From NCBI RefSeq assembly GCF_000497125.1, contig NC_090598.1, forward strand, positions 682,001 through 746,000: DNA of 64,000 bases. Direction: 5' to 3'. The notes beneath the pieces are model-generated. The model saw only the letters and a program-made list of their open reading frames with translations. It did no database searches and was not told the origin of the DNA. How positions within the stretch are numbered: the first letter of the stretch is position 1; every line of letters begins with the position of its first letter. This DNA is from Spironucleus salmonicida (Eukaryota). Positions 1 to 17,453 of this stretch are shown here, in pieces. The position numbers and the translations under genes are program-made.

Positions 1-326
1 TTTAATGTAAATTTTAGATCATCTTTACGTATAATATTAGGATTAAAGGAAGTAACACTGAATAATTATATAAGGTTTTTTAAATCTTTTGTCATGAAAC
101 ATTCAATGGCTAACTCAAGTAATTATTATTTAGATGGATAAGTTACTAATGGAATATAATGTGTAAATTCAATTTATTATTGTTCAATTTACTAACCAGG
201 ATGGCGTAATAAGGGCAATTTGTCAAACTATTAATTCATATTTTACGCCAGCTATATCATCATGTTACCAAATTCGTATGCAGGTGAAACCGTACCAGAT
301 GAAGAATTAAATGTAATACTTGACAT
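1..326 (-). CDS. Hypothetical protein, 3' end beyond window start
   Basis: ATG at 326, open in code 6 to the edge (MSSITFNSSSGTVSPAYEFGNMMIQLAQ...). Confidence 0.6.
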
Positions 327-480
327 TTGAAATGAGTATATTTTATTATATTATTTTATATAAATGAATATCTTTTAAGATTAAACACTCGCTAATTTAA
401 TATTTTAAGTAGTAAGGTTTACTCACATCACATTACTATTATATTGTACTATATTGTTACCATGGACATTAATATGAAAA

Positions 481-1149
481 ATGAAATCATCACCATCTAT
501 TATTTTAAATGTGTAAGATCATAAAAAGGATAGAATAGGATTCTCCTAGTCAACAGTTAATCTTCCACGAATCCTATCCACAGCAACAAAACTTAGTAAT
601 TAATTTTTACAATACTCTTCTACAGCATAATCTTAACCCATTTCAAGGGCCATAACAATAAGGTCACCGATAAGGAACATTACTTAATTATAAACTGTTG
701 AATCATATGTTGTTAATGATCGTAAACTAGTAAGAAAAATTGGAGAAAATACTATTGTTATTCATGATGATATTATGCGAATTAAATAACTTTTTGAAGA
801 CTTTGTTCCCATTGAAATTTTAGAAAGGTAGTATGAGCTGAACGAGTTCAACTAGATTGGATCGAAAGCATTGAAGAAATAAGGCGATCTTGGTCATATT
901 TCTTCTTTTATTATAAAGTATTTTAAATAAATAAAGTAATACGTACAGTTAAAAGGTAGTATACATTATTTGAACGATGTTGAAATGCTAGCAAAGAATA
1001 ATTCAATATTTAAGACTCATAAATAAATATAGTAATAGAGGGCTCAGTCTGAATTTCATGAGAAATTTTAAAAGATAAAATTTAAGGAAAAGCAGAAGCG
1101 TATCATGGATATGGTAAACTAATTTCGGAATTTATAGTAAAACCATTGA
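481..1149 (+). CDS. Hypothetical protein (222 aa)
   Basis: Continuous code-6 ORF MKSSPSIILNVQDHKK...QNH-TGA. Confidence 0.65.
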
Positions 1150-1409
1150 ATTAATTATTGATATAATATTTTATTCAAAGTGTAATTAGTAAAAGAAATA
1201 TTAAATAACATGTTTAATTTTGCTACATTGTGAATTATACACTATATTATATTTATTTATATATAATATATCAAATTTCGTATAGATACTTTTTAGAAAC
1301 TTATTTTGACAATATACTATAACTATATACGTAATTTATTTCATTCAAAGTTTTAATGCAACTTCAACATTTAATACTATTGTATATTTTCCATTCCGTA
1401 AATCTTTAA

Positions 1410-1643
1410 ATGGAACCTTTGAATCTTAAGGAGCATATAGCGTTTTGGGTTCTAGAAACATCCCTTCCAGGTACCCCAGTTGCTTCTGCGAGAAAACTAT
1501 TTGAACCACCTTTTTCCAGCCTCATGCCCTAGCTATAACAGCTTTTTCAGACTACAATATAGATTGAAGTAACCGGAAACATATTAGAGCGATGGTTAGA
1601 TGAGCTGCAGGACTAAACTTTAAAACAGTTCTTCCTATTTTGA
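1410..1643 (+). CDS. Small hypothetical protein (77 aa; alternative in-frame ATG 1356)
   Basis: MEPLNLKEHIAFWVLETSLPG...LKQFFLF-TGA; AGTGA about 16 nt downstream. Confidence 0.4.
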
Positions 1644-1882
1644 ACCAAATTTTAGCTGAGTGACATGAACAATAGCAAGCTTCCTTTGAAAAATATTTGT
1701 CATACACTAGTTATTTTATACTGTTATAAAGAAAATCGCATAATCGATGTTTCTGCCACCCTTACTAATAAATCATATATTTTACACCCATTATATCCCG
1801 TATTATTCGTGCGACAAATTATATTGGAATTATCATTTTAAGCAATATCTACTTAATATCATATAATAATACCAATTTCACC

Positions 1883-5026
<3,144 letters not shown>

Positions 5027-5335
5027 TTTGTATAACTCATAATATTATATTCAATATATAATAATAAAGTATTATATAAAAATTCTATTATACATAATTA
5101 TTCACAGCTATACAAAATGATTAGTTATATAATTCATTATAACTCTACTATAATTAATAATGCTATTTAAACTAAAATTTATGGAATTTAATACACATAG
5201 GTATTTAATTTTATGAAATAATTAAGTAGATATATGGTATAATTGGTATATAAATATCTTTACATAAACTTGATACTGCTATATAAATTACTAATTCATT
5301 TTATTATGTAATAATACAATAGTAGTTTTACAAGA

Positions 5336-5539
5336 ATGGACCCAAATAGTAATGATAGCTAAACTAATTTCATGAAGCTCCTACTCAAGCCAGAAGAAAT
5401 CCCTATTCTTGATAAATTTAACATAAAAGAATTTTTAACAAAGAATGGAATTGAAATGAAGGAAGATTAAATGAAACATGCACTATCCGCATTTGAGGCA
5501 GTATGTAAACAATCAATGGCACCCACTGCTAACGAGTGA
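5336..5539 (+). CDS. Small hypothetical protein (67 aa)
   Basis: MDPNSNDSQTNFMKLLLKPEEIPILDKF...PTANE; ends in gAGTGAa motif. Confidence 0.6.
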
Positions 5540-6153
5540 AACTATTAAATATAATCTTGCTTAAATCAGAATATAAGATATATCACATGTTGCTATTAGC
5601 TAATTTACTTAAGTTCATCATAATTAAAATGTCTAAAGTTATTGGAAAAGGTTATGATACACTAAAAATAGTGAATATGCTTGATTTTGAGTATAATATA
5701 CCATATATTATGTATAGATAATCTTTAAAATATATGTATAAAATATGTTGATAATTTAAATATTAATTCATTACAGAGTATTAATATAATAATAAACATA
5801 TAGTAAAGTAAATGAACTTCAATAATTGACATTTAGAATGTACCATCATAATAAAGTATCAATGATAAACATTTTTTATTATTTTAAAATTAAACAAAAA
5901 ATTCTTAATGATACGCAGTTTATTTATCTAATTAGCAAAAATTAAGCTAGAACTATATTTAATTTCAAGTTTATCAATGTTATTGATTATAATTTTTATT
6001 TTCACCAAAGTTATTCATCAGATTTAGATCACTATTCTTTGAAATACTGAATAATTATTAAGACTAAGACCTTTTATCAGTTGACATTATAGTAATAAAG
6101 TATAGTTAAATTAATGCATTAAACAATAAATAGTATATAGATCTAAATAAATA

Positions 6154-7740
6154 TCACTAATAACATATTACGGAACGCTCCAGTTTTTTCTTTAGATATG
6201 CTCTTACTATTACCCATGATAGAGATAGAATAAAACTAACAACTAATAATACCCATCCCTACCAAAAGTCAGCAAATTACACTAAAGGGTCTATGCTTGT
6301 TACTTAAAGTTAGTAACCAAGAACGTAAACTACTCCAAAAAATTAATAAAAACTTATCTAGTTGATTAACAGTTCATCTGTAGCATTTACACTATAGCAG
6401 TAAACGTTATCCACAGATGGAAATAAAAAATTATTTACTTCGGAAAATGACATATCAGCATCTTAAAATTGCTGCAAACTATCTGCAATTTTGATAGTTA
6501 TTCCAGCAAAAGCTCTACTTGATGAGAGTTACTATTCAATATTAATACAAAGCTATCCTTATGTCAAGACTAGTTCTACCTCACCTCCGGGTATAATTGA
6601 AGATGCGAATATATAGGAACCAACATAGGTGTTATCTTTATTCCAGGCCTTATAGATAACACTCATAGCAATATTATCTAAATGGGAAGATACATTTGTA
6701 AGGTTTGTGGCGCAATCGGCAAAGCTATCAAACTCTGAAATTTCCCATGTATCGCAAGATACAAACATATCCAGATCAAAAGATGTATTAGAATGAAATT
6801 AAAGTTAAAAAGTGTACCCACTTTTATCTTACACTGCTATCCAGTACTCTCTTTTAAAGAACTCTTAAAACGGGCAAGCCACTCCAGGTGTTTGCTAAAC
6901 GTGTACCACATTGTTCGAAAACGACAGATGGGAAGATGTGATGCAGTCACCTGATGTGATTCTATGTTAGATCTCTACTACAAATACTAAATTAAACGGA
7001 ATCTCTACGCTTTAGTTCTACTCCTTCCCATAGGGGTCGATAAAGACATTCTAGGTGGATATTTTTCTAGGTATCGATATTAGCAGCTTGAAGGCAATGA
7101 AGTTGCTAGATGAAATGGTCACCGTGGCCTAACTACACCTTTGTTGTTCTTCAAGAGTTCCAGCTCCACAGTTCATCGATTCGAAGGTGATTTTTAGGAA
7201 ATCAAATGCAGATTGTGCAATTGAGCCATTATAGAGAAAACTATCATTAAGAGTGGAGGTATAAAATGGGTCGCCAGTCGTGCTAATAATGCAGTTTGGG
7301 TTGACTTATATTGTGGGCTGTATGCTTTTATATGTCGTAAATTGGATCTCAGGGTTGAGCACACATTCATTATAGTTATAGTAAGTTTCTAACAACTAGC
7401 CTACTGCGCCACTTTGTATAAGATTATCATTCAAAAAAGTAATTTTATACGAGGCTAAAACAAATTTAGCGGCATCAGAGGCACTTTAACCATCTTAAGG
7501 ATATAACGATATATTAACTGCAGTAAATGCATTGTAGAACTCAAAATTCGATCTGAACAATATTGAGCCGATTTAAACCTCGTATACAGCCGTTTAGTTG
7601 GTTTGAGCCTCACAGCTTGCTAATTCACTAATTTTTAGGTCATTGGCAGGCATTGTAATGAGAATCACAATATTAGTCTATGGGTTTATAATAACGCGAG
7701 AGGAATCCATTTAACACGTAAAAAATAACACTATTATCAT
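6154..7740 (-). CDS. 528-aa Cys-containing membrane/surface protein, paralogue 1
   Basis: MIIVLFFTCQMDSSRVIINP...; C-terminal TM (FWQGWVLLVVSFILSLSWVIV) with basic tail; homologous to 49063-50649 and 58689-60275. Confidence 0.88.
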
Positions 7741-7956
7741 TTTTAAAACAAACTTCAGATATTTATATTTCACATAAATATTGAAAATGTATAAATGTAA
7801 AAAAGTATAAAATCTATATGTTAATATTAAATGTTATTGAATCAGTGTATATTTTGGCAAAATTCAACCATCAATATTATACATCATTATATTAAATATA
7901 TCAATTATTAGTATTTTTACAATAGTTAAATTATAATAAATATATGATGGTTATAA

Positions 7957-8661
7957 ATGTGTAAAATTTTTTCAAAAGGTTAAGATTACATTTTGGATTA
8001 CTAGCACAAATTAATATATAGTAAAATATATACTTTGTAAGAATTGAGTACTAATTTTAGTTGCCATCAATCCTTGTAATTATAAATTTTTACTGTAGGT
8101 AATTTTATTGACAAATTAAAAAATAATATTAGCATTGTAGTTAATATCACCTATATAAGATTATCTACTTACAACATTTAATATTAAACAAACTCCAATA
8201 TTCGTACTTTGTATACTAAAATTTACTACATTTATCATCATAATGATATTAATTTTAATTAAAATCTACAAAACTAAAATCTTCTTACTTATTTCTACAC
8301 CTATTAAATTAATTGCACAATCAAAATTATTCTAACTTAAACATAAACATAAAGTCTCTAGCGTTGTTAATAAGTGTTTTAAAATGTTGAACCATAAAGA
8401 TTAGATCTAATATATACCAATGAGTAGTGTATAAGCAAGTATCATTAAACTGCCTTTTTAAGATGTAATTATGAATATTTTCTCTATGAAATCGCTTTAC
8501 TAGCGCTAGTTACAATTTATAATGTGTATTACTTATTAAAGTATTAATATAATTATTATCCACTAATTTTATTCGTCCTAATAAGCAATTTCTTTAAAAT
8601 CGTCCAAATCAACTTAAGAACTTATTTATGCTACTTTTTAAACTATTCTAATTTTTAATGA
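7957..8661 (+). CDS. Hypothetical AT-rich protein with hydrophobic C-terminus (234 aa)
   Basis: TGA-free code-6 ORF from MCKIFSKGQDYILDY; no motif recognised. Confidence 0.35.
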
Positions 8662-9594
8662 TTTGCATTATTTTATCGTCTATTAATACTCATTATTATA
8701 AAAAATAGAACTATCTATCTTGATATTACACCTCACCATTCCTTTTCATTTAAAATCCATTAAAATATATTATATTCATTCATAAATTAAATGTTATAAT
8801 AATATAATAATCATTTTATACAATATTTTCACTCCACTAAAAACACATATGCTAAAAACACCATTCTGACGCATATTTCTCCAAAAATAACTCCCACGAC
8901 AAGTTGCCTCTTAGCTGCAAAATAACAGAATAAAATGGTTATCGCAGACCCTTATGCAAATGCAATTCTGCAGTACCGCCCCAAAATACTCTAATTCTTC
9001 AGCATTTTGTAAAAAGACGCCTTCATTTTTAGCCCAAAATGAGCCAAAAAATCATTCTGGCAAAGTCCTAAATTAAGACAGACCAAGAAGGAGTGAAAAA
9101 CCGAATTATTTTGGAAATTTCGGTCGATTATATTGAGCAAAACTACAAAATGAGCAGCTGCCAAAAAAGCCGAAAGACAATAGTTTTGCATGAACTTCAA
9201 ATTCGATTTTCCACTCCTAAAGTCCTTGAATGAAGTGGAAAATAGAAATTTAAGTGCAATTTATAAGATAATTGCAGTAGTTTAAAAATTATCTGTGAAG
9301 CGTTTTGCAGCGTAAGAAATTGCTAAAATATTGAGTATAAACTGCGCTAGAAATGCTGATTTGAGGGAGCTGGAAGTGAACTATTGCATGTTGCGTTCAT
9401 GTAGTTTTTCAGCTACAGACATTATGTAAAAAGGAAAGATTAAATATTCTATATTAATGTATGTTATTATTATAAATTATTTTAATTTGACACTAGCTAC
9501 TATTATATTAAAATTATAATAATAACACATTTTAATTACTAAGGAATAACCACAATGTTTCTTGTTATTAACTCACAAGAAACTATCACTATGC

Positions 9595-10710
9595 TCAGAT
9601 TTTCATAATCTGAATCTGTTCAGGGACCAAATACTCATAGTTGTACTAAAGATTTAGCCCCCGACAGTCCAGAACACATAAATTAAGAAATTGCCGCATG
9701 TCCGGTAGCACCTTTATACGATTAAAAGAGATGTTCAGAACGCGCAGAGATTTTGGAGGTCGCAGGGTCTTCAATTTATTATTTGACACATCTAAAAGTG
9801 CTAATGGCGATGTGCTTAGATCTGGGAGTTCTACAAGGCCTGCGTAGCGTAAAGATAGCGATTTTAAGCCAACTGGATAACTATCTATTATCGCGAACTG
9901 ACCGACAATGGAAAGGTGCTGCAAAAATGGCATTTTATCGAGCTTCAAGAGCTCGCAAGGTGACTATAAATCAAGTACACGGATCTTCGACCGGTCAATC
10001 AGCTCGTAGCTTACGGTACAAATGTTAGGTGAACCGCGGTGTATGGTCTGGTTCTGCGTATGTACGTCATTGCAGAGGAAATCCCCTGATTTAGTACGAA
10101 TAGCAGCTGTATAATGGCCGCTAGTATCACTCCCTTGATGATAAATTGCACTATTTAACTTAAATTCATAATTATAAATGGATAGATTATTTTGGAATTT
10201 TATTTTACTACAACCTTGTATGTTCTGCTTCTACACTAAAACGAGTAGCTATTTAGGGGGTGTGAACTGGCTCAGTTTTAGAGTTACTGGCTTTCCACAC
10301 TCACAGACGCGCTCTTCGCTGAAAAATTCGTTAATTTGGTCGTCTATAAATAGATTTTTATATAACACTATTTATATATCTTAATTATTAGTTTATTGAT
10401 ACCTTCCACAGGATTCGCATATACTAGAAATGGTCCAGTTGAATAAAAACTAATTTTCCAGACCGCATATATTTATAAGGTTTAGCAGTGCTTCGTTTGC
10501 GTCCTGCTAATCAAATCCTGTGAATTATTTATTATCTAAACATAACATTTCCTTGATCTCGTGTGGGTCGAAGGCCTGTTGACTTGTTCGGAAGCGCTAT
10601 AATTCGCTTGAAAGTGCAGTTTCTGGGAATTTAATGTTAGACGCATTAGCAAGCACTTGAATTGCAGATGACAGGTAACATGTGTTGCCTAGGTTCTTGA
10701 CACCAGGCAT
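9595..10710 (-). CDS. Ubiquitin-specific protease (C19) with C-terminal leucine-rich repeats (371 aa)
   Basis: Cys box GVKNLGNTCYLSSAIQ, His box IYHQGSDTSGHYTA..CND, then LRRs (LDVSNNKLKTL, LNISFNRIKVLP) in the same frame. Confidence 0.88.
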
Positions 10711-10976
10711 TCTGAAAATTGAAGAAAGGACGGCTTCGTGGGTTCGTATGGTTGGGAAGTTGTTGAAAATATTTCTATATGCCGGTTAATAGACTTTGAA
10801 ACTGCAGGTTAAGTAGAAAAATTTATTTAGTAATTTTGAGTTAAAAAATTAATTCAAATTCCATTTTTTATTTTATTTTATATATGATATGCACTATGGT
10901 ATTCTATAGTTACTCTGATTGTACATATTATTATATTAAAATAATTACATTATATATTTTCACACCAATCTAACCC

Positions 10977-12170
10977 TCATTCATCAACATACGGCTCCCA
11001 CATACGCCCCTATAAACTTTCACGCAATCCTTCTAAGTCAATGTCGCGATCCATCAAATTGACTAAATCTCCGATCCTCCTTGGTTCTGCTCGGTCGTTC
11101 TTTCTAACAATTTAGCCATCAGATCCACCCTTTTTGCATATCATAACTGCTTGATATAAATTAATAACTTCTAAATAGACTTCAGGAATCTGCTTTAAAT
11201 CGACGATATCTGGAACTTTTTCATCCTTTTTCGCACCAATAACAACTTCTTCTTCCAGATTTTCCCAGAAATTCTCTTCATCAATTTCACTTTTAAAATT
11301 ATTAATACGATGTAGTACTCGCGCTGATCGAGCCATCGCTCGCGGAAATTTACGGAGAGAATCTCCTGGGATTAAGTTTGAAGCAAAAAGTGCTTCTAAC
11401 GAAGGAAATTCATGCCGAATTTCAAGCGAATTTTCGAGTAAAACATCGCGTAAATCACGCATGTCTATCAAGTACTCCGTAGTTTTTTCTACTGCTTCGG
11501 CTAGCTGAAAATCGTATCCCTGACCAAATTCATTATCACGTAGGCGTGGGTGAGGCTATGTGAACTGAAGCGTGTAAAGCTTGTTTTGTAGAGGTGGAAT
11601 TGGTGTTTTCTAACCATGAACGTAGCCATTGTTCTCTAAACGTGCAAGAATAGTTGATTTCGAGGGGAAAACTGCTATGAAAATACCATTAGCTGAAATA
11701 AGTTGGGAAACATTTCTGAACATTGTCATGGCCTGTTCTCGGGTCTAAAATGCATAATGGAGTGCGAACATGCACGAAATAATGTTGAACTTAATTGTGG
11801 GTTTAATAAATTTATATACTTCTTTCTAAAAGAAATCTGCCCATAGGAAATCTGCCTAGTAGATAGAATTCGCATTTTTAACAACGTTTCCGTTGTATCG
11901 TCTCATGGCTTCAACCAGACTTTCTAATGTTATATCTACACCAGTATAATAACTAATTTTTCCTTATTTATATTTGTTTAGATCACCTCCTTTCCCGCAG
12001 GCGATGTCTAAAACAGTAAAATTAGACCCTTTAAGTTATTTGATAGCTAGGTTTATAAGGGCTGATTTCGCCCAATTATTAAAATCTCGAATAGGTAAAA
12101 TTTTAGATGCTTCACGTTCGGATCCTGTACCAGCGTTGGCAATTTTAGCATACATCTATGCGATTGACAT
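10977..12170 (-). CDS. RNMT: mRNA cap guanine-N7 methyltransferase (397 aa)
   Basis: RDFNNWAKSALI, VLDIACGKGGDLNKY, ISCMFALHYAF motifs of Abd1/RNMT. Confidence 0.93.
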
Positions 12171-12506
12171 TTTTAGTAAAAGTTAAATTTATTAATTAGT
12201 ATATAATAATAGTATCCAAATAAAAATAATGATTATATTAGTTTGTAATCATAATTTTTATATTAATTCTAAGAGTAAATTCTACACTTCTTACTAAATA
12301 TTTAAAGGATAAAGTATAAATTTATTGTGTCTCCATAATACTGTATATTGAATATGATTTACAATATGTTATATGAGTAAAAGATAATCATTATTTTATT
12401 TAGCCTAAGTTAAATATCTAAGAGTTTATCGATTCATATAGAGTAAATTCTTTGTATAACTATATCTAAATTAGTAGTTTATGTATTACATAGTAATATA
12501 AGCAGT

Positions 12507-13472
12507 TCACTCTAAATCCTCAGCTTTGATGGCTTCAGCGACTTCCTGCTCTTCAATTACAGATTGTTCTTTAACCTTATCAGACGGTTCTTTAACTTTT
12601 TCAAAAGTTTCTTCTACTTTCTCATCAGCAATTTCATTTTTGATCTCTTGCTTATTGTGTTTATTCTTCTTCGATTTTTTGTCCTTCTTTTCTTCAACTT
12701 TTACTTCTTCCTTAATTTATTCCTCTTATTTGATAGGTTTCTCTTCTTATTTGGAAGATTTTTCGTCAACTTCTTTACTATCACATAGACTTCTTGTCAT
12801 CTCTAACGCCATCCCCTTTACATCCATTCCTTCTGCAAATTAGTTTATTTCGAGCATTTTTGACTGGTACTAAGTCAAATTTTATGTATCAGATAATATC
12901 AAAATAATCTATTTCTCATATTCGGTAATTTGTAAAAGCATGGCTTCTAACTACTCGTAGAAAGATTTCTCAAAATCTTAGAGAGAAAGTTGTTATTAAG
13001 CTAACATATCTTTGCATGCATTTACTTCGATCTCTTTACTTTCTTTTTGGGTTTTAATAGATTCAATTTTTGGATCTTCAGCAAGCTTAATTATTTAGTT
13101 CTCTAATTTTTCAAGTACAACAACTTATTAAGTAAGCTTTTTCTAAGCTTTTTAAACCAAATCTTCAGATTTTTTGTTCTATTTTTGTAAATTTTTCAAT
13201 TCAGAGAAAGATTGCTTGATGAATTTTTCCAACTCTTTAACGAATTCAGAAAAGTTAGCACCATTAAGCTACTCCACAGCTTCACGAGCACTAATATATT
13301 AACCTATTTAATCATTTGAAGTTACAGTATTTTTAGTTTTAGATAATTATTTTTACAAATGTTCCGACGATTTAGATAAAATGTTAATAAGTTTTGCTTA
13401 TTAAGTTTATTGATTCAATGTTAATTATATCTTTATAGTAAGCTCATGTATCTAGGAAGTTAGAGACGCCAT
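12507..13472 (-). CDS. Helical coiled-coil (BAR-like?) protein with E/K-rich tail (321 aa)
   Basis: MASLTSQIHELTIKIQ...; similar to 21734-22879; ends gAGTGAac. Confidence 0.75.
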
Positions 13473-14102
13473 TTTACTTAGATTTGAAAAGGAAAAGAAA
13501 AATGTGTTAAATTAGTAATATATATTATTATATTTAAATTAATTATAAATACCTAGTTTTCATTTATGTATAATATATCTTTATTATATATGAGATTTTA
13601 ATTATTTTTAGTATTTAAGTAATATCAATTTTTATAAAAATTGATTTTATATCTTAATAAATATATCTAATATTTTATTTCTTAAAAGTTACTTATATTC
13701 ATATTATTGTAAAAATCTATATTTTCTATTTCATCAATCTATCTATTTTCCCTATTCATACTTTGTAATTTGTATTTTAACTACTCCACTATTATTACAA
13801 ATTAATATCATAAGTTTATGTTATATGTCTTGTTAAATTTATCATGAAAGTATATAAATGTATATATAAAACAATTTAATATATGAGTAGAAGAAGTTAT
13901 TAAAATTATAGATTTTATGAATATTTAATTCAGACTGTATATTTGATTTATGCTTGAAAATATGCAGATTTGTGATTTAAATTAAATAATCACATTGAAA
14001 AATAATAATAAATATCTTGTTAACTTCATATTTTTAATTTTTCCATAGGTTAATTTATTAGAATAGAAATACGAAAATATTCCCTTTACACTTTTCCTAT
14101 AA

Positions 14103-15374
14103 ATGGGATCAGGTACTCAGACATCATTAGAAACCCCTCAGTAGACTACCTAAATCTCTAAGTAAGCTTAATTTAGTACAAAGAAGATTGAATTTAATAA
14201 TCCTGAGAAATATGACTTCGAAATAGACATTGATCGTTCAGGTACTAACTCTATTAAAATTGAAGTACCTAGAGATACTTTCAAGAATCCTACACTTATT
14301 TCACTAGGAACTGCAGATTTTGAAGTAACTGTACCTGCACCAATATAAAGAGCTATATAAAAGAGGCTGGATCATCCAATTCACGGATATACTAGATACT
14401 CAGCTGAATTGATTAAGTCAGTATAAGATTACTATTAGCGCCATCATAATATGCAACTAAACTAGGAGGATATGTTCTTTACTCCAGGAGTAGTGCCAGC
14501 TGTTGCGCTTGCACTAAGATGCGTAGTAAACCCAGGTGACGCTGTTTGCATGATGCATCCAGAATATCCACCATTCTATCATATTGTTGAAGTTGGTGGG
14601 TACAAAATGAACCTCTGTCATATGACTAAAACATCCACAGGATTTGAGTTTAATTTTTAGTAGTTTGAAGAATAGATCAAAACCTCTAAAGCTTTCTTAT
14701 TTTCTTCTCCTCATAACCCAACTGGCACAGTACTTCCTAAGGCTGATATGATTAGAATAGTAGAAATTTGTTAAAAGTACAACGTTGCAATCCTATTTGA
14801 TGAAATATGGTCAGACCTTGTATTTTCACCTGCTAAGCATGTTCCTTTAATGACTCTTGCTTAGAAAAATATATTTACTTTTTATGCTGCATCTAAATCA
14901 TTCAATATTGCAGGCCTTCATATGTCTCTAGCATTTACAAAAGATCCCGAACTTTAAACTAAATTCCGTCTTGAGTAGGAAAAAATGCACATGACAACAT
15001 CTAATGTATTTGGGTTGGTAGCTATGGAAGCTGCATATACGTAATGCGATGATTATTTAGAATAGTTTAAATTCCATATTTCAAGCAATCTGAGGATGTG
15101 TTATTCATATTTTGAGAAGAATATGCCTAATCTTTGGACATATTTACCTCCATCCACTACTGTTTTATGGATAGATTTTGGTAAATATTTTACTTCTACA
15201 ATTGATGCAGAATAATGGTGCGTTGATTAAGGAGTCTATTTGTAAAGAGGCAACGATTTCTGTAAATGTCCTGATCATATCTATATGAGAATCAACTGTG
15301 GAAGCCCTAAAAAACTTCTAGCTGATGCACTTGACAAGCTATTCAAGGGATATTAAAAATTATAGTTAAAATGA
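14103..15374 (+). CDS. MalY/PatB-family PLP-dependent C-S lyase/aminotransferase (423 aa)
   Basis: YDFEIDIDRSGTNSIK, TADFE, HPIHGYT, SPHNPTG, DEIWSDL, SKSFNIAGL (PLP Lys), MRINCG. Confidence 0.9.
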
Positions 15375-15691
15375 GAGTGATCGTTTTGTTCTTAATATAT
15401 ATTATAATATTAATAATAATGCTAAATACTAAAAGATAGTAATAATTATATTTTTAGCTTTATTTACTAAATATATTACTACAGAGAATAATTACTTAAT
15501 TTCCTAGAGTATCGAGTATGTCTTATCGTAATTTCTTTCATAGATAATTCTTAAAATAAATTTATGATACAATAACTAATTAAAAAACGAAAATGAGGTT
15601 TGTTACTATCAATAAATACATTAAACCATAATAATTTATGTTATTTATATATTAAAATAATTAATAAATTAGACGTTTCACTTCAAGTAAA

Positions 15692-16948
15692 ATGTTCTTT
15701 TAGTTGGTTCCTAATATTTCAATAACAGGAGAAGTAATTTCCTGCATTTCTTTCTTTATTTTTTCTATAATAGCTTCCGCAGGTGGTATAGGAGGCGGTG
15801 GAATCTACACCTCAGTACTTATTGCTTTTGGCTCTGGCGTTCATGTGGCAATTCCACTTTCAAAACTAGTCATCTTCTCGGGATCATTTATTTTATTCTG
15901 TTATAATATATGGCAGAAGACTCCATAAGGAACTCCAAGAATTGCATGGGACTTAATTTTTCTCACTGAGAACGCTGTTGTGCTAGGTGGAATAGCTGGT
16001 GCCATGGTTAATGGTGTACTACCTCAATGGGCACTTTTAATTTGCGAGGTAATCTTCCTCATTTATCAATCGTTTACAATGATTAAAAAGGGCGTTCAGA
16101 AGCTAAAAGAGGATTTAAAGAAATTCAAACAAGAAAAATAGCACAACGAGATAAAACTTTAAGCTGAAGATAATTTACCTCTTCCTACTTCAACAAATAT
16201 AAGCTAGCCACTACTTTCATCAGACGCAATATTTGAAGAGGAAGAACCGAAAGTTACAAAACTTGGCCACTTACGTCAGATTAACATTCCTAGGCTGTTT
16301 AATTTCGTGTTTTTCTATTTAGTTCAGCTTGGATTGACCATAGGCCGCTCGATTGTTCCTACTTGTAAGACTGTATATTGGGTTCTACTAACACTTAACC
16401 TAGTTGTCGCTATGCTAGCTACATTCATTAATTATTTACTTACATAACGATCTGTAGCTAAAAACTAAAAACTTCTTCTTAATGCTGACATCAATCCCCC
16501 ATATGGATTTTGGAGTTTCTACGGACGGTTTGTAGGAATAAGCATCGTCGCTGGTGTAGTAGCAGCTGCTTTCGGGTTGGGAGGTGGTTTAGTTAAGAAC
16601 CCGATGTTCATCTCCATGGGTGTCCCCCCTCTAGCTACACGAAATGTCAGTGGTGCCATGATCGCTTTTACTAGCCTGGCAAGCCTGATGCAGTACTGGG
16701 TGCAGGGTCAAGTCGATATTTCGTATAGCTGGGTATTCATGCTCATGCTTGTAGTAGGCTTCCCTGGAGGCTATTTCCTCAGCGATAAGATCATCAAAGT
16801 TGTGAAAAGCACCGCCGTGATCCAGCTGGCGATGGGTTGCACAATGGTCGTTTCTTGCGTCGTAATCATGGTTCAACTAGTGAAGGAGATCATCGAAATG
16901 GTGAAAACTGGCGTCGTCCCAAGTTTCCGAAACTTCTGCAATGCATGA
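15692..16948 (+). CDS. TauE/SafE (sulfite exporter-like) membrane transporter (418 aa)
   Basis: ASAGGIGGGGIY...AIPLSK and second repeat FGLGGGLVKNPMF..MGVPP; multiple TM segments. Confidence 0.88.
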
Positions 16949-17453
16949 GGAGCATTTTGGAGATTTTCAGCTGATACAACAAAAGAAGTGGGATGCAAAA
17001 TTTAAGCCGATTAGCATGTTACCTAGAAGTCGCTGGCTAACATCGATACGGCCGCTTGTGCAGAAACGCATAAATTCGTCGGCTTTGTAGCAATTTAGAG
17101 ATTTGCTGTATATGGTCGTTGTTTTATTTTGCTATTTGGGCTGAAAGACGGTTAGCAGAGGAAATAATTTAACGTGAACTAAAATTTTGGCACGTTTGTT
17201 GTCTAATTTTTGCAACTTAAGAATGAAAATTCCTGCATTAATTAATTATATTTAAAAATTAAAGTGGAAAATCAAATTCAAAGTGAAATTTCAGCTAGTC
17301 ACTATTTCAAACACAGTCACAAAACCAGTTCGGCACCGAAGCGACGGCTCGGAATGCTTTTATCGTAGAATTTGCATTTCCGCTTTAACTGGTACTGAAA
17401 TGATGCTAAAAATCACATGATAAAAAATTTCCAGGAATTGAAAGCGATAAATC

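Noticed and set aside
1410-1860. HECT C-lobe-like pattern across the TGA at 1641 (FFLF*TKF...LPLKNICHTL), suggesting TGA=Trp readthrough
   Set aside because: Similarity is weak, an AGTGA signal follows within about 16 nt, the extended frame runs into PFOR antisense, and conserved genes here use TGG for Trp.
8780-9500. Possible gene in moderately GC-rich sequence
   Set aside because: The plus-strand frames contain TGAs and no confident model emerged; 20100-20700, 21240-21700 and 48000-49000 are likewise unresolved.
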